Source: an uncultured delta proteobacterium (lineage in GTDB: Bacteria; Desulfobacterota; Desulfobacteria; Desulfobacterales; B30-G6). From it: a stretch of DNA of 64,000 nucleotides. Position 1 is the first letter of the stretch; each line of letters starts with the position of its first letter. Shown here in pieces: positions 10,720-20,900 of this stretch. Both the position numbers and the translations under genes were made by a program. Below the pieces are notes generated by a model that was not told the origin of the DNA, did no database searches, and saw only the letters and a list, made by a program, of their open reading frames with translations. The DNA is taken from contig CAWGLD010000003.1 of NCBI GenBank assembly GCA_963823335.1, positions 32,001-96,000 of the forward strand, read 5' to 3'.

Positions 10720-11802
10720 ATGATTAAAAAACTATCCATAATTTTAACAATCTCTCTGGTCAGTCTAAGTTTCTTTTTGGGGATTGCGCTTGCCGCAGCA
10801 CCATCATTGGATACTTGGAAACCGGCTTTCGATCCGTCTGGAGCCAAGTACCGCTGTATCGTTTCCAATGTGTCCCACCCGGGTATCAAAGGGGCATATG
10901 TTGGATTTGCTATCCGCGATGAGCTATGGAAAAGAACCAATGGACAACTCTATGTCGATTATAAACCTTTTTCTATGCTGGGCGGTGAAGTGGAAGTTCT
11001 CAACCAATTGCAAATGGGAGCGATTCAGGGAATGGGTTGCAGCACAGTTGCGGCGCCAAATCTTGGGCCGAGATTCGGATTAATGAACCTCCCTTTTCTT
11101 ATTAACAACTTTGACATGTTAGACAAGTTTACGGATAGCGGTAAACTGTTTGAACATTTTTTAAATGCCGTGGATCATCAAGGTATCACGGCCATTGATA
11201 TTACCGCATACGGTAGTTATGGATGGGCTACGACTGACCCTGTCGATAGCTTATTAGGCATTAGAAAAGAAAAACTCAGAATAGCTGAAGCTCCTGTTAA
11301 TCAACTCACATATAAGTCATGGGGCTTAAATCCAATACCTATGCCATGGCCTGATGTTCCGGTTGCTCTAAAACAGGGTGTTATAACAGCGCTTGACCAT
11401 ACGCCGCTAGTTTGTCAATTAACCGGCAAGTTCGAGACAGTCAAAAACTATACACATGTTGAATATGCACAGGGCGCGTTTATCTGGATGTTTAACAAGG
11501 CATGGTTAAGCAGCCTGCCTGCTGATATGCAAAAAACATTTGTAGATGTCGTGCATGAAGTTTGTCAAACACTCCGCAAGGAGGCTAGAGGCCAGGAGGC
11601 CCAAATGATCGGCCTTGCCGAATCTAAAAATGGTGTCACTTTCCACACCCTTTCTGACGAAACATCAGCGCTTCTCAGGAGAAAAGGTGATGTGGTACAC
11701 CAGCAGTATGCTTCAGAAATTAATAAAATCTATCCTGGTGATAAATATAAACCGGATAATTTCTTAAAAGAAGTTCAAGAATATATGGGCTATAAGCCAT
11801 AA
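10720..11802 (+). CDS. dctP: TRAP transporter substrate-binding protein (DctP family)
   Basis: Signal peptide; LGGEVEVLNQLQMG, KLRI, PMPWPDVPVALKQGVI; AAGGAGG SD; followed by dctQ/dctM. Confidence 0.88.
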   Translation: MIKKLSIILTISLVSLSFFLGIALAAAPSLDTWKPAFDPSGAKYRCIVSNVSHPGIKGAYVGFAIRDELWKRTNGQLYVDYKPFSMLGGEVEVLNQLQMGAIQGMGCSTVAAPNLGPRFGLMNLPFLINNFDMLDKFTDSGKLFEHFLNAVDHQGITAIDITAYGSYGWATTDPVDSLLGIRKEKLRIAEAPVNQLTYKSWGLNPIPMPWPDVPVALKQGVITALDHTPLVCQLTGKFETVKNYTHVEYAQGAFIWMFNKAWLSSLPADMQKTFVDVVHEVCQTLRKEARGQEAQMIGLAESKNGVTFHTLSDETSALLRRKGDVVHQQYASEINKIYPGDKYKPDNFLKEVQEYMGYKP

Positions 11803-11820
11803 TTCCAGTTAATAGTTTGA

Positions 11821-11856
11821 AAACAGGGGTCCATTTTTCTATTTGGACCCCTGTTT
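11821..11856 (+). terminator. Stem-loop between dctP and dctQ (mRNA stabiliser or partial terminator)
   Basis: AAACAGGGGTCCA-10nt-TGGACCCCTGTTT perfect 13-bp stem. Confidence 0.7.
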
Positions 11857-11885
11857 AATTTGTAACACGCTTGGGAGATCATCTG

Positions 11886-12416
11886 ATGTTTGGAAAGACA
11901 CTTCGCTTTTTAGATAAGATATTGAGTTTTTTTGAGGACTGGACGCTATTTATTGCTGTGATGGTGGCGTTGGTGTCTCTATTTGTAAATGTTGTTTTGA
12001 GATATGGCTTTAACTATGCACTGGCATGGTCTGAAGAGTTGGTGCGGGAGGTAATCATCTACACAACGCTCATCGGATGTAGTGCAGCCATCAAACAACG
12101 TAAAATGATTAAAATAGATGCGTCGGTGCAATTACTCCCGAAATTAAAGGTGCCGTTGATGTTTTTCAGCAACCTTGTGACCATAATTTTTTCCATCATG
12201 ATCATCTATTACGGATGGTTAATGGTGTTGATGCAGATTCGTACAGATCAAAAAACCATTGTCATGCAGATTCCCCTTGCCTATTTGTATGTCATTTTGC
12301 CTGTAATGGGGATTTTAATGTTTATCCGCACAATTCAGATAATTTATGAGGATGTAAATACTTTAATAGAAGAAAAGCATCAGAAAACCCAACCGGCAGA
12401 GACCGCAACAAACTAG
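11886..12416 (+). CDS. dctQ: TRAP transporter small permease (DctQ)
   Basis: Four TM segments; VVLRYGFN...WSEELVR motif. Confidence 0.88.
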   Translation: MFGKTLRFLDKILSFFEDWTLFIAVMVALVSLFVNVVLRYGFNYALAWSEELVREVIIYTTLIGCSAAIKQRKMIKIDASVQLLPKLKVPLMFFSNLVTIIFSIMIIYYGWLMVLMQIRTDQKTIVMQIPLAYLYVILPVMGILMFIRTIQIIYEDVNTLIEEKHQKTQPAETATN

Positions 12417-12441
12417 ACAACAATAAGATTGGAGAGATTTC

Positions 12442-13738
12442 ATGCAGTCGAGCGATGCTATCATTTTGCTAATTTTATTAGGTTGCATGGCAACCTATGT
12501 CCCCGTATTCATGTGTCTCTTTTTTACAGCCGTTTTGGGTTTTATCATCTTTACTGATCTGCCGTTGCTCCTCCTCGCACAAACCCTTTTCCGCTCCATG
12601 GATAATTTTGCTCTCGTGGTGGTTCTGTTTCTTCATTCTTTGCGGTAATATTATGACGGCCGGAAGTATCGTTGAAAAACTCATTAAGGTTGCCAATGCG
12701 CTGGTGAGCTGGCTGCCGGGTGGGTTGGGTATGGCCGGTGTCCTCGCCTGCGGGCTATTCGGCGCGATTTCCGGTTCGACAGTTGCCACCGTGGTTGCCC
12801 TGGGCGGGTTCATGATTCCCGCATTGATCAAACACGGCTACCCGGAAAAATACACCCTGGGTTTGATGACCACCTCGCCCAACCTGGGTGTCATCATCCC
12901 CCCCAGTATCGGGATGATTCTCTACAGCATGATCAGCAACGTATCCCTGGAGGGTCTTTTTCTGACCGGTTTTTTGCCGGGTATTCTGATTATGGCAGGT
13001 GTCTGTATCTATACCTATGTTATTTTTCGCAAGCGAACCGAAATCACAAGACTGCCGATTCCAAATTTTAGAGAAACCCTGGCCGTCTTAAAGGAGGGCT
13101 TCTGGTCTCTGATGCTGCCGGTCATTATTTTCGGCGGTATTTTTACGGGTGCTTTCACGGCCAATGAAGCGGCTGTTGTTGCCTGTGTCTATGCATTTAT
13201 TGTCGAGATATTTATCCACAAATCCATGAAATTGAACCAGGTCAAGGAGATTACGATTTCGTCGGCCGTAACATCGGCCACACTGTTGATCATTGTCGCG
13301 GGAGCCACCTGTTTCGGCCGATTGCTCACTCTGGAAAGTATTCCGGGACGGATTACCGAAACCGTTCTGTCCGCCATCCAGTCACCGATCCTGTTTTTGT
13401 TTGCCATGAACGTCATGCTTCTGCTCGTGGGAATGTTCATGGATATTATTTCGGCCACCATGATTCTGGGGCCGGTTTTCCTGCCTATGCTGGATGCGTT
13501 CAATATCAGCTGGATGCATTTCGGGCTGATCATGACCGTCAACCTGGCCATCGGGTATTGCACGCCTCCCATGGGAGTCAGCTTGTATATTACCGGTGCC
13601 ATGGCCAACCGAAATCTCATCTATGTTTCCAAAGCTGTGGTGCCTTTCATCGTTATCCAGATGATTGTACTGGGGATCATTACCTATATGCCCGACATGG
13701 TGCTCTGGCTGCCAAGATTTTTGGGGTATCTAGAATAA
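12442..13738 (+). pseudogene. dctM: TRAP transporter large permease DctM, split by a +1 frameshift near 12628-12630 (real lesion or sequencing error)
   Basis: ORF 12442..12648 (…DNFALVVVL) joins frame FFILCGNIMT…GAISGS…IIPPSI…TPPMG; removing one T from CTGTTTCTTCATT restores one frame. Confidence 0.85.
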
Positions 13739-13791
13739 GCGCGTAAACGATCTTGTGAAAAGCGGCCATGCCGCTCTTGAACAACAAAAAG

Positions 13792-13827
13792 AACCTGATC
13801 AGACTGTAACGGTCTGATCAGGTTTTT
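13792..13827 (+). terminator. Intrinsic terminator after dctM
   Basis: AACCTGATCAGAC-7nt-GTCTGATCAGGTT then TTT. Confidence 0.8.
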
Positions 13828-13852
13828 AACTATAATGTAGTTACAAAATAGC

Positions 13853-13882
13853 TTGACAATCTTTTGAAATTACTGCTATATT
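13853..13882 (+). promoter_or_regulatory. Putative sigma70 promoter of acd
   Basis: TTGACA-18nt-TATATT with extended -10 TG. Confidence 0.55.
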
Positions 13883-13969
13883 TTTCATGTTTTTTCCGTG
13901 TTTGAAACAAATAAAATCTAAATAAAACAGTATGGTATAATCAATACAAGGATATCAGGAGGATAGTGA

Positions 13970-15133
13970 ATGGATTTTGAACTTTCAAAAGAATTGGAAA
14001 TGCTCAGGAAGGCCGTTCGGGAGTTTGCCACCAAAAAAATTGCACCCTTTGCCGACCAGTGGGATGCCGAACATTACTTCCCCTATGAGGAAGTCATGAA
14101 ACCCATGGGTGAGCTTGGTTTTTTCGGTACTGTGATTCCGGAGGAATATGATGGGGTCGACATGGGCTGGATGGCTGCTGCTGTGGTCACAGAGGAGATC
14201 GCCCGGGCGTCTAGTTCTCTGCGGGTCCAGGTCAATATGCAGACCCTGGGGTGTGCGTATACCATACTGACCTACGGCTCGGATGAAATCAAAGCCAAAT
14301 ACATTCCAAAGCTTGTGAGTGCGGACTACATCGGTGGTTTCGGAATTACCGAATCGGATGCAGGATCCGATGTCATGGCCATGACATCCACGGCCGAAGA
14401 CAAAGGGGATCACTGGTTGTTGAACGGTTCAAAAACCTGGATATCCAATGCAAATATAGCGGATGTCATTATCTACTATGCCTATACGGATGTGTCCAAA
14501 GGATCCAAGGGGTTGTCGGCCTTTGTTCTGGAAATGAAAAATTTTAACGGAGTTAAAACATCGGCACTGGATAAAATGGGTTCTCATTCATCTCCCACGG
14601 GAGAAGTCTTCCTGGACAACACACGGATTCCCAAAGAGAATATCCTGGGAAAACCAGGGGATGGGGCCAAAATCGTTTTCGGTTCATTGAATCAGACCCG
14701 AATGTCGGCGGCAGCGGGTGCCGTGGGCGTTTCCCAGGCCTTCCTGGATATTGCCACCAAATACTGCAACGAAAGAAAGCAGTTTGGAAAACCCATTGGG
14801 CAGTTCCAGATGAACCAGGACATGATCGCCCAGATGGCCACCGAGATTGATGCCGCACGCTTTCTGGTATACAGGGCAGCCTGGCGGAAAGACCAGGGTC
14901 ACTTGAACAATGGTCTCGATGTTGCCAAGGCCAAGTATTTTGCCGGGGAAGTGGTTACCAAATGTGCCAACTACGCCATGAAGATCCTGGGGGCATACGG
15001 CTATTCCACCGAATATCCGGTTGCTCGTTTTTACAAGGATACCCCCACGTATTTTATCGTGGAAGGCTCGGCCAATATCTGCAAGTGGATTATCGCCCTG
15101 GATCAACTCGGGTACCGGAAAGCCAACCGCTGA
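13970..15133 (+). CDS. acd: Glutaryl-CoA dehydrogenase, non-decarboxylating (glutaconyl-CoA forming)
   Basis: Acyl-CoA dehydrogenase motifs (ITESDAGSD, GSKTWISN, RKQFGKPIG); closely resembles the recalled Desulfococcus multivorans enzyme incl. ALDQLGxRKANR end; Val before catalytic Glu (IVEG); near gcdA. Confidence 0.88.
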   Translation: MDFELSKELEMLRKAVREFATKKIAPFADQWDAEHYFPYEEVMKPMGELGFFGTVIPEEYDGVDMGWMAAAVVTEEIARASSSLRVQVNMQTLGCAYTILTYGSDEIKAKYIPKLVSADYIGGFGITESDAGSDVMAMTSTAEDKGDHWLLNGSKTWISNANIADVIIYYAYTDVSKGSKGLSAFVLEMKNFNGVKTSALDKMGSHSSPTGEVFLDNTRIPKENILGKPGDGAKIVFGSLNQTRMSAAAGAVGVSQAFLDIATKYCNERKQFGKPIGQFQMNQDMIAQMATEIDAARFLVYRAAWRKDQGHLNNGLDVAKAKYFAGEVVTKCANYAMKILGAYGYSTEYPVARFYKDTPTYFIVEGSANICKWIIALDQLGYRKANR

Positions 15134-15203
15134 TAGAATCGCCCCGCGCTTCTATTTGACGCGGCTTTGCCGCTGATTCTTATAATTTGGGTGTAGTAAA
15201 TAT

Positions 15204-15234
15204 CGTGTTTTCGATTTTTCGTGTTTTCGTGATT
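15204..15234. repeat. Degenerate 8-mer tandem repeat (TTTTCGTG), family D
   Basis: cgtgttttcgatttttcgtgttttcgtg; related tracts at 51599-51625 (reverse) and 58071-58112. Confidence 0.5.
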
Positions 15235-15265
15235 AAAACAAGTGCGTTCTTTCAGGGGTACTGTT

Positions 15266-15658
15266 TTGGATAAAGATCTGATAGAGAAAACAAAGCAAAC
15301 AGCAGAACTGTATTTCAAGGGTGTCAAGGGTGAGCGGCCTTTTGAGTTATGGCGGGCTTTTGATAAAGATCTGGCAAAGGACCTTTCTTTGTTTATCACC
15401 GGCAGCATGTATGCCAGAGAGAAAATTCCCCACCAGACCAGGCAATTGGTGACGATTGCCGCTTTGACGGTGCTGCTCCGTCCCGAGGAGTTGAAACTGC
15501 ATATCGAAGCGGCGTTGAATGTGGGCTGCTCACCCGGCGATATCGCCGAGACCATATTTCAAACCCTGGTGTACGGTGGTGTTCCTGCTGCCAATGCAGC
15601 CTTGAAGGTTTTGCGAAATGTTCTGCAGGAAAAGGGGATGTGGCCGATTGAAGGATAA
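15266..15658 (+). CDS. Carboxymuconolactone decarboxylase (CMD/AhpD-like) family protein
   Basis: RQLVTIAAL...ELKLHIEAALNVG...EIxE...YGGVPAA; no CxxC; TTG start chosen, GTG 15242 alternative. Confidence 0.8.
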   Translation: MDKDLIEKTKQTAELYFKGVKGERPFELWRAFDKDLAKDLSLFITGSMYAREKIPHQTRQLVTIAALTVLLRPEELKLHIEAALNVGCSPGDIAETIFQTLVYGGVPAANAALKVLRNVLQEKGMWPIEG

Positions 15659-15663
15659 CGATC

Positions 15664-15760
15664 GTTTTAGGTTTTAAGTTTTAGGTTTTTGGCAGACCAC
15701 TGGCTAAGAGCTTTTAGCAGTTTGACAACCTAACACCTAAAACTTAACACCTAAAACTTA
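15664..15760. repeat. Inverted heptamer tandem arms (GTTTTAR)n ... (CYTAAMA)n
   Basis: gttttag gttttaa gttttag gtttttg ... cctaaca cctaaaa cttaaca cctaaaa. Confidence 0.8.
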
Positions 15761-15838
15761 TTACAATATCAATTAAAAGAATAGAGAAAAGCAAAATTAA
15801 TCATATCGGAAAAATAAACCACCTAATGGAGTAGAATC

Positions 15839-17572
15839 ATGCGACCGTATTTTGAAAAAATGCCTGAGTTCGGAAAAGGGATCAGCCAGGGGCAGATTTT
15901 GAGCACCCAAGAGAATGTTGAAAAGATCAAGGCCGTGGAAGAGGGCATCGAAGTGGAAGTCGAAAAAGTTAAAAATGTGGGTTTCCCAGAGGAGAAAATC
16001 AATGCCAGGGGGCAGATGACTGTCTGGCAGAGACTTAAATATCTCGTGGACCCCGGGACATGGTGTCCTCTGCATACCCTGTACAATCCTGATGACAATG
16101 TCGAAGGATCGACGAATGTTTTTGATGGTCTGGGAAAAATCTCCGGCAAGTGGGCCGTCATCATCGGTTTTGACAACAAGCTTCTGGCCGGTGCATGGGT
16201 TCCGGGACAGTACGAAAATATTCTGCGGGTTACCAATCTGTCGAAGCGCTTGAACATCCCCCTGGTGTGGCTCGTCAACTGCAGCGGGGTCAAACTGACC
16301 GAGCAGGAAAAATTCTACGCAGATCGCAGGGGCGGGGGCACGACTTTTTTCAGGCATGCCGAGCTCGAGCAGATGGGAATTCCGATTCTCGCCGCCATTT
16401 ACGGAACGAATCCTGCGGGTGGCGGGTATCAGGGTATCAGCCCGACCATTCTTTTTGCCCACAAGAACTGTAATATCGCCGTGGGAGGGGGCGGCATTTT
16501 GAGCGGGATGTCACCCAAGGGCTTTTTTGACCTGGAGGGCGCCGAGCAGCTGATCAACACTGCCAAACAGTACAAGGCAACACCGCCCGGTTCCGTCAAG
16601 ATCCACTATGACGAGACCGGATTTTTCAGGTATGTCTACGAAGAGGAGACGGGTGTTCTGGACGGCTTGAAGGATTACATGAAGGACATGCCGGCCTATA
16701 ACCCTAAATTTTTTCGGGTGGCAGAGCCCAAGGAGCCCCGGTTCCCAGCTGAAGATCTGTATCGCCTGGTTCCGTTCAATCAGAAACAGATGTACAATTT
16801 TGACGAAGTCCTGGCACGTCTGGTGGACAACAGCGAGCATATGGAGTTCAAACCGGACTACGGTCCCGAAATCTATACGGGGATTGTCAAGATTGACGGA
16901 CTTCCTGTTGGATGCATCGGTAACCGGCAGGGGTTTCTGGGAATGGAATACCCTGAATATGCCGATTACCCCGGCATCGGTGGGAAACTCTACCGCCAGG
17001 GTCTGATCAAGATGAACGAGTTTGTCACCCTCTGCGGGAGAGACCGACTTCCGATTATATGGTTCCAGGACACATCGGGTATCGATGTGGGAGATATCGC
17101 TGAAAAAGCTGAATTGCTGGGTCTGGGACAAAGTCTCATTTACTCGATCCAGCAGACAGATGTTCCCCAGATTCTGATACTGCTACGAAAAGGAACTGCC
17201 GCAGCGCATTACGTGATGGGGGGGCCCACAGGCAACCGCCACAATGCTTTCACGCTGGGTATTGCTACCTCTGAAATATATGTCATGCATGGTGAGACCG
17301 CAGCAGCTGCCAGCTTTTCCCGGCGTCTGGTCAAGGAAAAGGATGCCGGCAGGGATCTTCAGCCCGTCATCGACAAAATGAACCAGATGGCTCAGGAGTA
17401 TCATGATTATTCCAGGCCCCTGTATTGTGCCCAGAAGGGATTCGTCGATGAGGTCGCCAGAATGACGGATATTCGTAAATATATGGTGGCATTCGCCGGT
17501 GCGGTCTATCAAAATCCAAAGTCAATCTGTCCACAGCACCAGATGCTGTTACCCAGGAGTATCAAAGGATGA
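15839..17572 (+). CDS. gcdA: Glutaconyl-CoA decarboxylase alpha (carboxyltransferase) subunit
   Basis: Carboxyl transferase with LVNCSGVKL, GTNPAGGGY, GGKLYRQGL, KGTAAAHYVMGGP, HQMLLPR; adjacent to acd. Confidence 0.9.
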   Translation: MRPYFEKMPEFGKGISQGQILSTQENVEKIKAVEEGIEVEVEKVKNVGFPEEKINARGQMTVWQRLKYLVDPGTWCPLHTLYNPDDNVEGSTNVFDGLGKISGKWAVIIGFDNKLLAGAWVPGQYENILRVTNLSKRLNIPLVWLVNCSGVKLTEQEKFYADRRGGGTTFFRHAELEQMGIPILAAIYGTNPAGGGYQGISPTILFAHKNCNIAVGGGGILSGMSPKGFFDLEGAEQLINTAKQYKATPPGSVKIHYDETGFFRYVYEEETGVLDGLKDYMKDMPAYNPKFFRVAEPKEPRFPAEDLYRLVPFNQKQMYNFDEVLARLVDNSEHMEFKPDYGPEIYTGIVKIDGLPVGCIGNRQGFLGMEYPEYADYPGIGGKLYRQGLIKMNEFVTLCGRDRLPIIWFQDTSGIDVGDIAEKAELLGLGQSLIYSIQQTDVPQILILLRKGTAAAHYVMGGPTGNRHNAFTLGIATSEIYVMHGETAAAASFSRRLVKEKDAGRDLQPVIDKMNQMAQEYHDYSRPLYCAQKGFVDEVARMTDIRKYMVAFAGAVYQNPKSICPQHQMLLPRSIKG

Positions 17573-17736
17573 ACCGAAAAAGCGAGCGCATTCCCCGTAG
17601 GTTCTGCCGTTCGGCAGTGCTTCGCATCCTGCGGGGTTAGCGAGCGAATCTAAATTAGACAGAATTCCTTACGGTCGCTGCGAAGCACTGTCGCACGACA
17701 GAACATTCCTCGTAGCTTGCTGCGAGGTTCTTCAAT
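17570..17736. mobile_element. Palindromic intergenic element family B, long composite copy
   Basis: TGAACCGAAAAAGCGAGCGCATTCCCCGTAGG...CCTCGTAGCTTGCTGCGAGGTTCTTCAAT; homologous to other copies. Confidence 0.8.
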
Positions 17737-17803
17737 TTGCTCGTGCTTACGCACGGGGCATATTCATATGGCTTCTAATAAGAACGATCATGTGTCGTTC
17801 TGG

Positions 17804-17891
17804 AAAATCGTGCAACGATTTTAGCTTGATTTTTTCCCATGCTTGCAGCGTGGGAAAAAATCAAGTAAGAATAAGATCGTTACACGATTTT
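17804..17891. promoter_or_regulatory. ~88-bp imperfect inverted repeat with two AAAATCGT-N3-ACGATTTT-type palindromes
   Basis: AAAATCGT-GCA-ACGATTTT (17804-22), hairpin CTTGATTTTTTCCCA/TGGGAAAAAATCAAG (17825-65), AAGATCGT-TAC-ACGATTTT (17873-91). Confidence 0.65.
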
Positions 17892-17920
17892 TTTAATTTG
17901 GAAAACAGGTAGATTTAACC

Positions 17921-20900
17921 ATGTCGAATGACGTGAATATGACGTTAAAACCGGAACCCGGTAGCAAGCTGTTGCGCTATCGGGGAGATACGGTGACATT
18001 TACACTTACGTTGACCCGCCCCCTCAAAGGAACCGCGCTTCTCAGGACCAATCTTGGCCAGGGCAGCATTTCCCGCCAGCAAATAATTCTGTCTGTTGAA
18101 AAGAACCTGCCGGGTTTGGGACGCGACTGGTTTGACATTCCCATGACGGAAGTGACGCCGCAAGAGTTTAACCTACGGCTTCCTCTGATCGATATCGGTC
18201 ATTTTATGGCCAAGGTAATGTTTCTTCCGGAACATCGGCAGGACCCCATCTGGATTCCGGGCCCCAACATTACCATCAATGTGGAGCCGGCCGATACCTG
18301 CTGTGGAAATGTTATCTATAACGCATTTGTTAGACAGTTCGGACCCAACAAGGAGGGCGGGTTTTTCGAACAGAATCATAACGATGCTGTTCAGTTGCTG
18401 GACAAGGCCGGTTATGCCGTGATTCCACCTTCCGGTACCTTCAGGGATTTGATCCGGGAACTGGATTTTATCATCGGCCACCTGGGCTGCCGGTTTATTC
18501 AACTGCTTCCAATTCACCCGACACCTACGACCTATGGCAGGATGGGTCGCTTTGGTAGCCCCTATGCAGCCCTCAGTTTCACACAAGTGGATCCTTCTTT
18601 GGCGGAGTTCGACTCTGCGGCAACGCCCCTCGAGCAGTTTATCGAACTGGTACAGGCGATTCACGCCCGCAACGCCAAGCTGCTACTGGATATCGCCATC
18701 AACCATACCGGCTGGGCTGCATCTTTGCACGAAACGCATCCGGAATGGTTGGTGCGCAGTTCAAAGGGCGATATCGAAGTGCCAGGCGCGTGGGGTGTTC
18801 GATGGGAAGATCTCACCAAACTAAGCTATCAGCACAAGGATCTGTGGCGGTATATGGCCAATGTATTCCTGACCTGGTGCAACCGTGGGGCAGATGGCTT
18901 CCGATGTGATGCAGGGTATATGATACCTATTCCAGCCTGGCAGTACATCATAGCCGTGGTCCGGGAACAGTTTCCAGACACGATATTCTTCCTCGAAGGG
19001 CTGGGGGGCAAAATTGTTGTAACCCGTGAGCTTCTGGATGAAGCCAACTTCAACTGGGCCTATTCTGAGCTTTTCCAGAATTACGATGGACATAACATCG
19101 CCTTTCAAGTGTTGCAGGGCCGGGATATTTCAGAAAGAGAGGGTCTCATGGCCCACTATGCCGAAACACATGACAATCCGCGTCTGGCATCCAGGTCGCA
19201 TGTCTGGGCCAAAATGCGCACCGCACTGTGTGCACTCAGTTCTTTTCAGGGAGCTTTCGGTTTTGCCAATGGTGTCGAATGGTTTGCCACCGAAAAAATA
19301 GATGTACATGAATCGTCGTCTCTGAACTGGAACGCAGAAGATAATCAGGTGGATCACATTCATCGATTGAGTAAGATTTTGAAGAATCATCCGGCCTTTC
19401 ACGATCAAGTCCGCATCCTTGTCATGGATCATGCATCGGAAGATATTTTCATCTTGCTGCGGCATCACCAGCCCTCCGGAAAAAAACTGATGATCGTTGT
19501 CAATCTTAATGATAGCGAATCCAGAAGGACAGCATGGCAGGCAAATGAGAATTTTGGGCCGCCTGATTCATGGATGGATCTCATGACCGGGGAGAAAGTG
19601 ACCCCACAGATGGAAGGGCTCACAATCGGGATGGATCTGCTTCCAGGCCAGGTTCTCTGTATTACGGACGATCCAGATGACTGGTCTATGATTCAAAAAA
19701 ACACCAGGGAACAGTTCCAGGTTCCCGAACGGATTATCCGGCAACGTTTACGAGCAAAGGTGTTGGAGGTTTTCCAGGTGGCTAACGGGTTTGGAAAAAT
19801 AGGCGATCAGGATCTTGAAACGTCTGTCCTCAAGTTAGAGGCCGATCCTGTCGAGTTCTGTCGGGAGGCCAACACCCAAAGCCCTGAATCCCGCGTTATC
19901 CGATGGGTGTGGCCACGGGATGGCCGCCGGGAAGTCATGCTGCCACCGGGTCATTTTTTGCTGGTGGAATCACCGGATCCTTTTCAGGTGAAGGTTTCTC
20001 ACCAGCGTACAATCCTGCGCGCTGAAAAATCGATCATGTCGCCAAAAGGCTTTCACTGGGCACTGCTGAACCCTATAGCCACACCAGACGAACACCTGGA
20101 ACTGACGCTTCAATTATCGGTCTACACCGCCCATGGGTATCACCAGGAAGAAACGTGCCTGATGCTGTTGAGTGTTGAAATAGCGGTGATGGATCTATGT
20201 TATCCGAGGAAAACACTTGACGAGCCTTCACTGCGGACACTCGTGACCAACGACATGGGTTCTGCGAGCCTCCTGCCGGTTGCGTGGGGAAAGCTGAACA
20301 GCCGCTACGATGCAGCACTTTCCGCCAATGTCAATGCTGAAATTCCGGTGGACAGATGGATCATGTTCACGCGCTTGAGGGGATGGGTGGTGTATCAGGA
20401 TTATTCTCAAGCCCTGAACGGGGATTGCCTGGAAACGTTTAATCTTGATATGTCCTTGCAAGGGCAGTGGACCTTTTTTGTTCCAACAGGCCGTGGCACC
20501 CATGTGGTTATCAAGGTAAAAGCGGTTCTGGAGAGAAACAAGGATACGGTCCAGTTCGTGTTTGAGCGATGCCCGGCAATCCGGGAACAGGGGTGTCTAC
20601 CGGATATGGAGTTAATTGATATTATTTTGCGACCGGATATCGAAAACCGTTCATTTCATGCAAACACCAAGGCTTTCCAAGGACTTGAACACGTATGGCC
20701 GGCGGCTGTCACACCTGGTGAAGAGGGCTTTATTTTTCGTCCGGATGACCTGCATATCCTGGATATACACCAGGAAAAGGGTTCTTTTGTTTACGAGCCA
20801 GAATGGAATTACATGGAACTCCGGTCAGAGGATGCCTCCCGGGGTTTCGATGCGCACGGAGATCTTTTCAGCCCCGGTTATTTCAAGACCCAGATTAGAG

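Noticed and set aside
17570-17572. Selenocysteine readthrough at TGA codons followed by hairpins (gcdA, znuB, rsmG)
   Set aside because: The proteins appear complete at these stops and the hairpins belong to the repeat family
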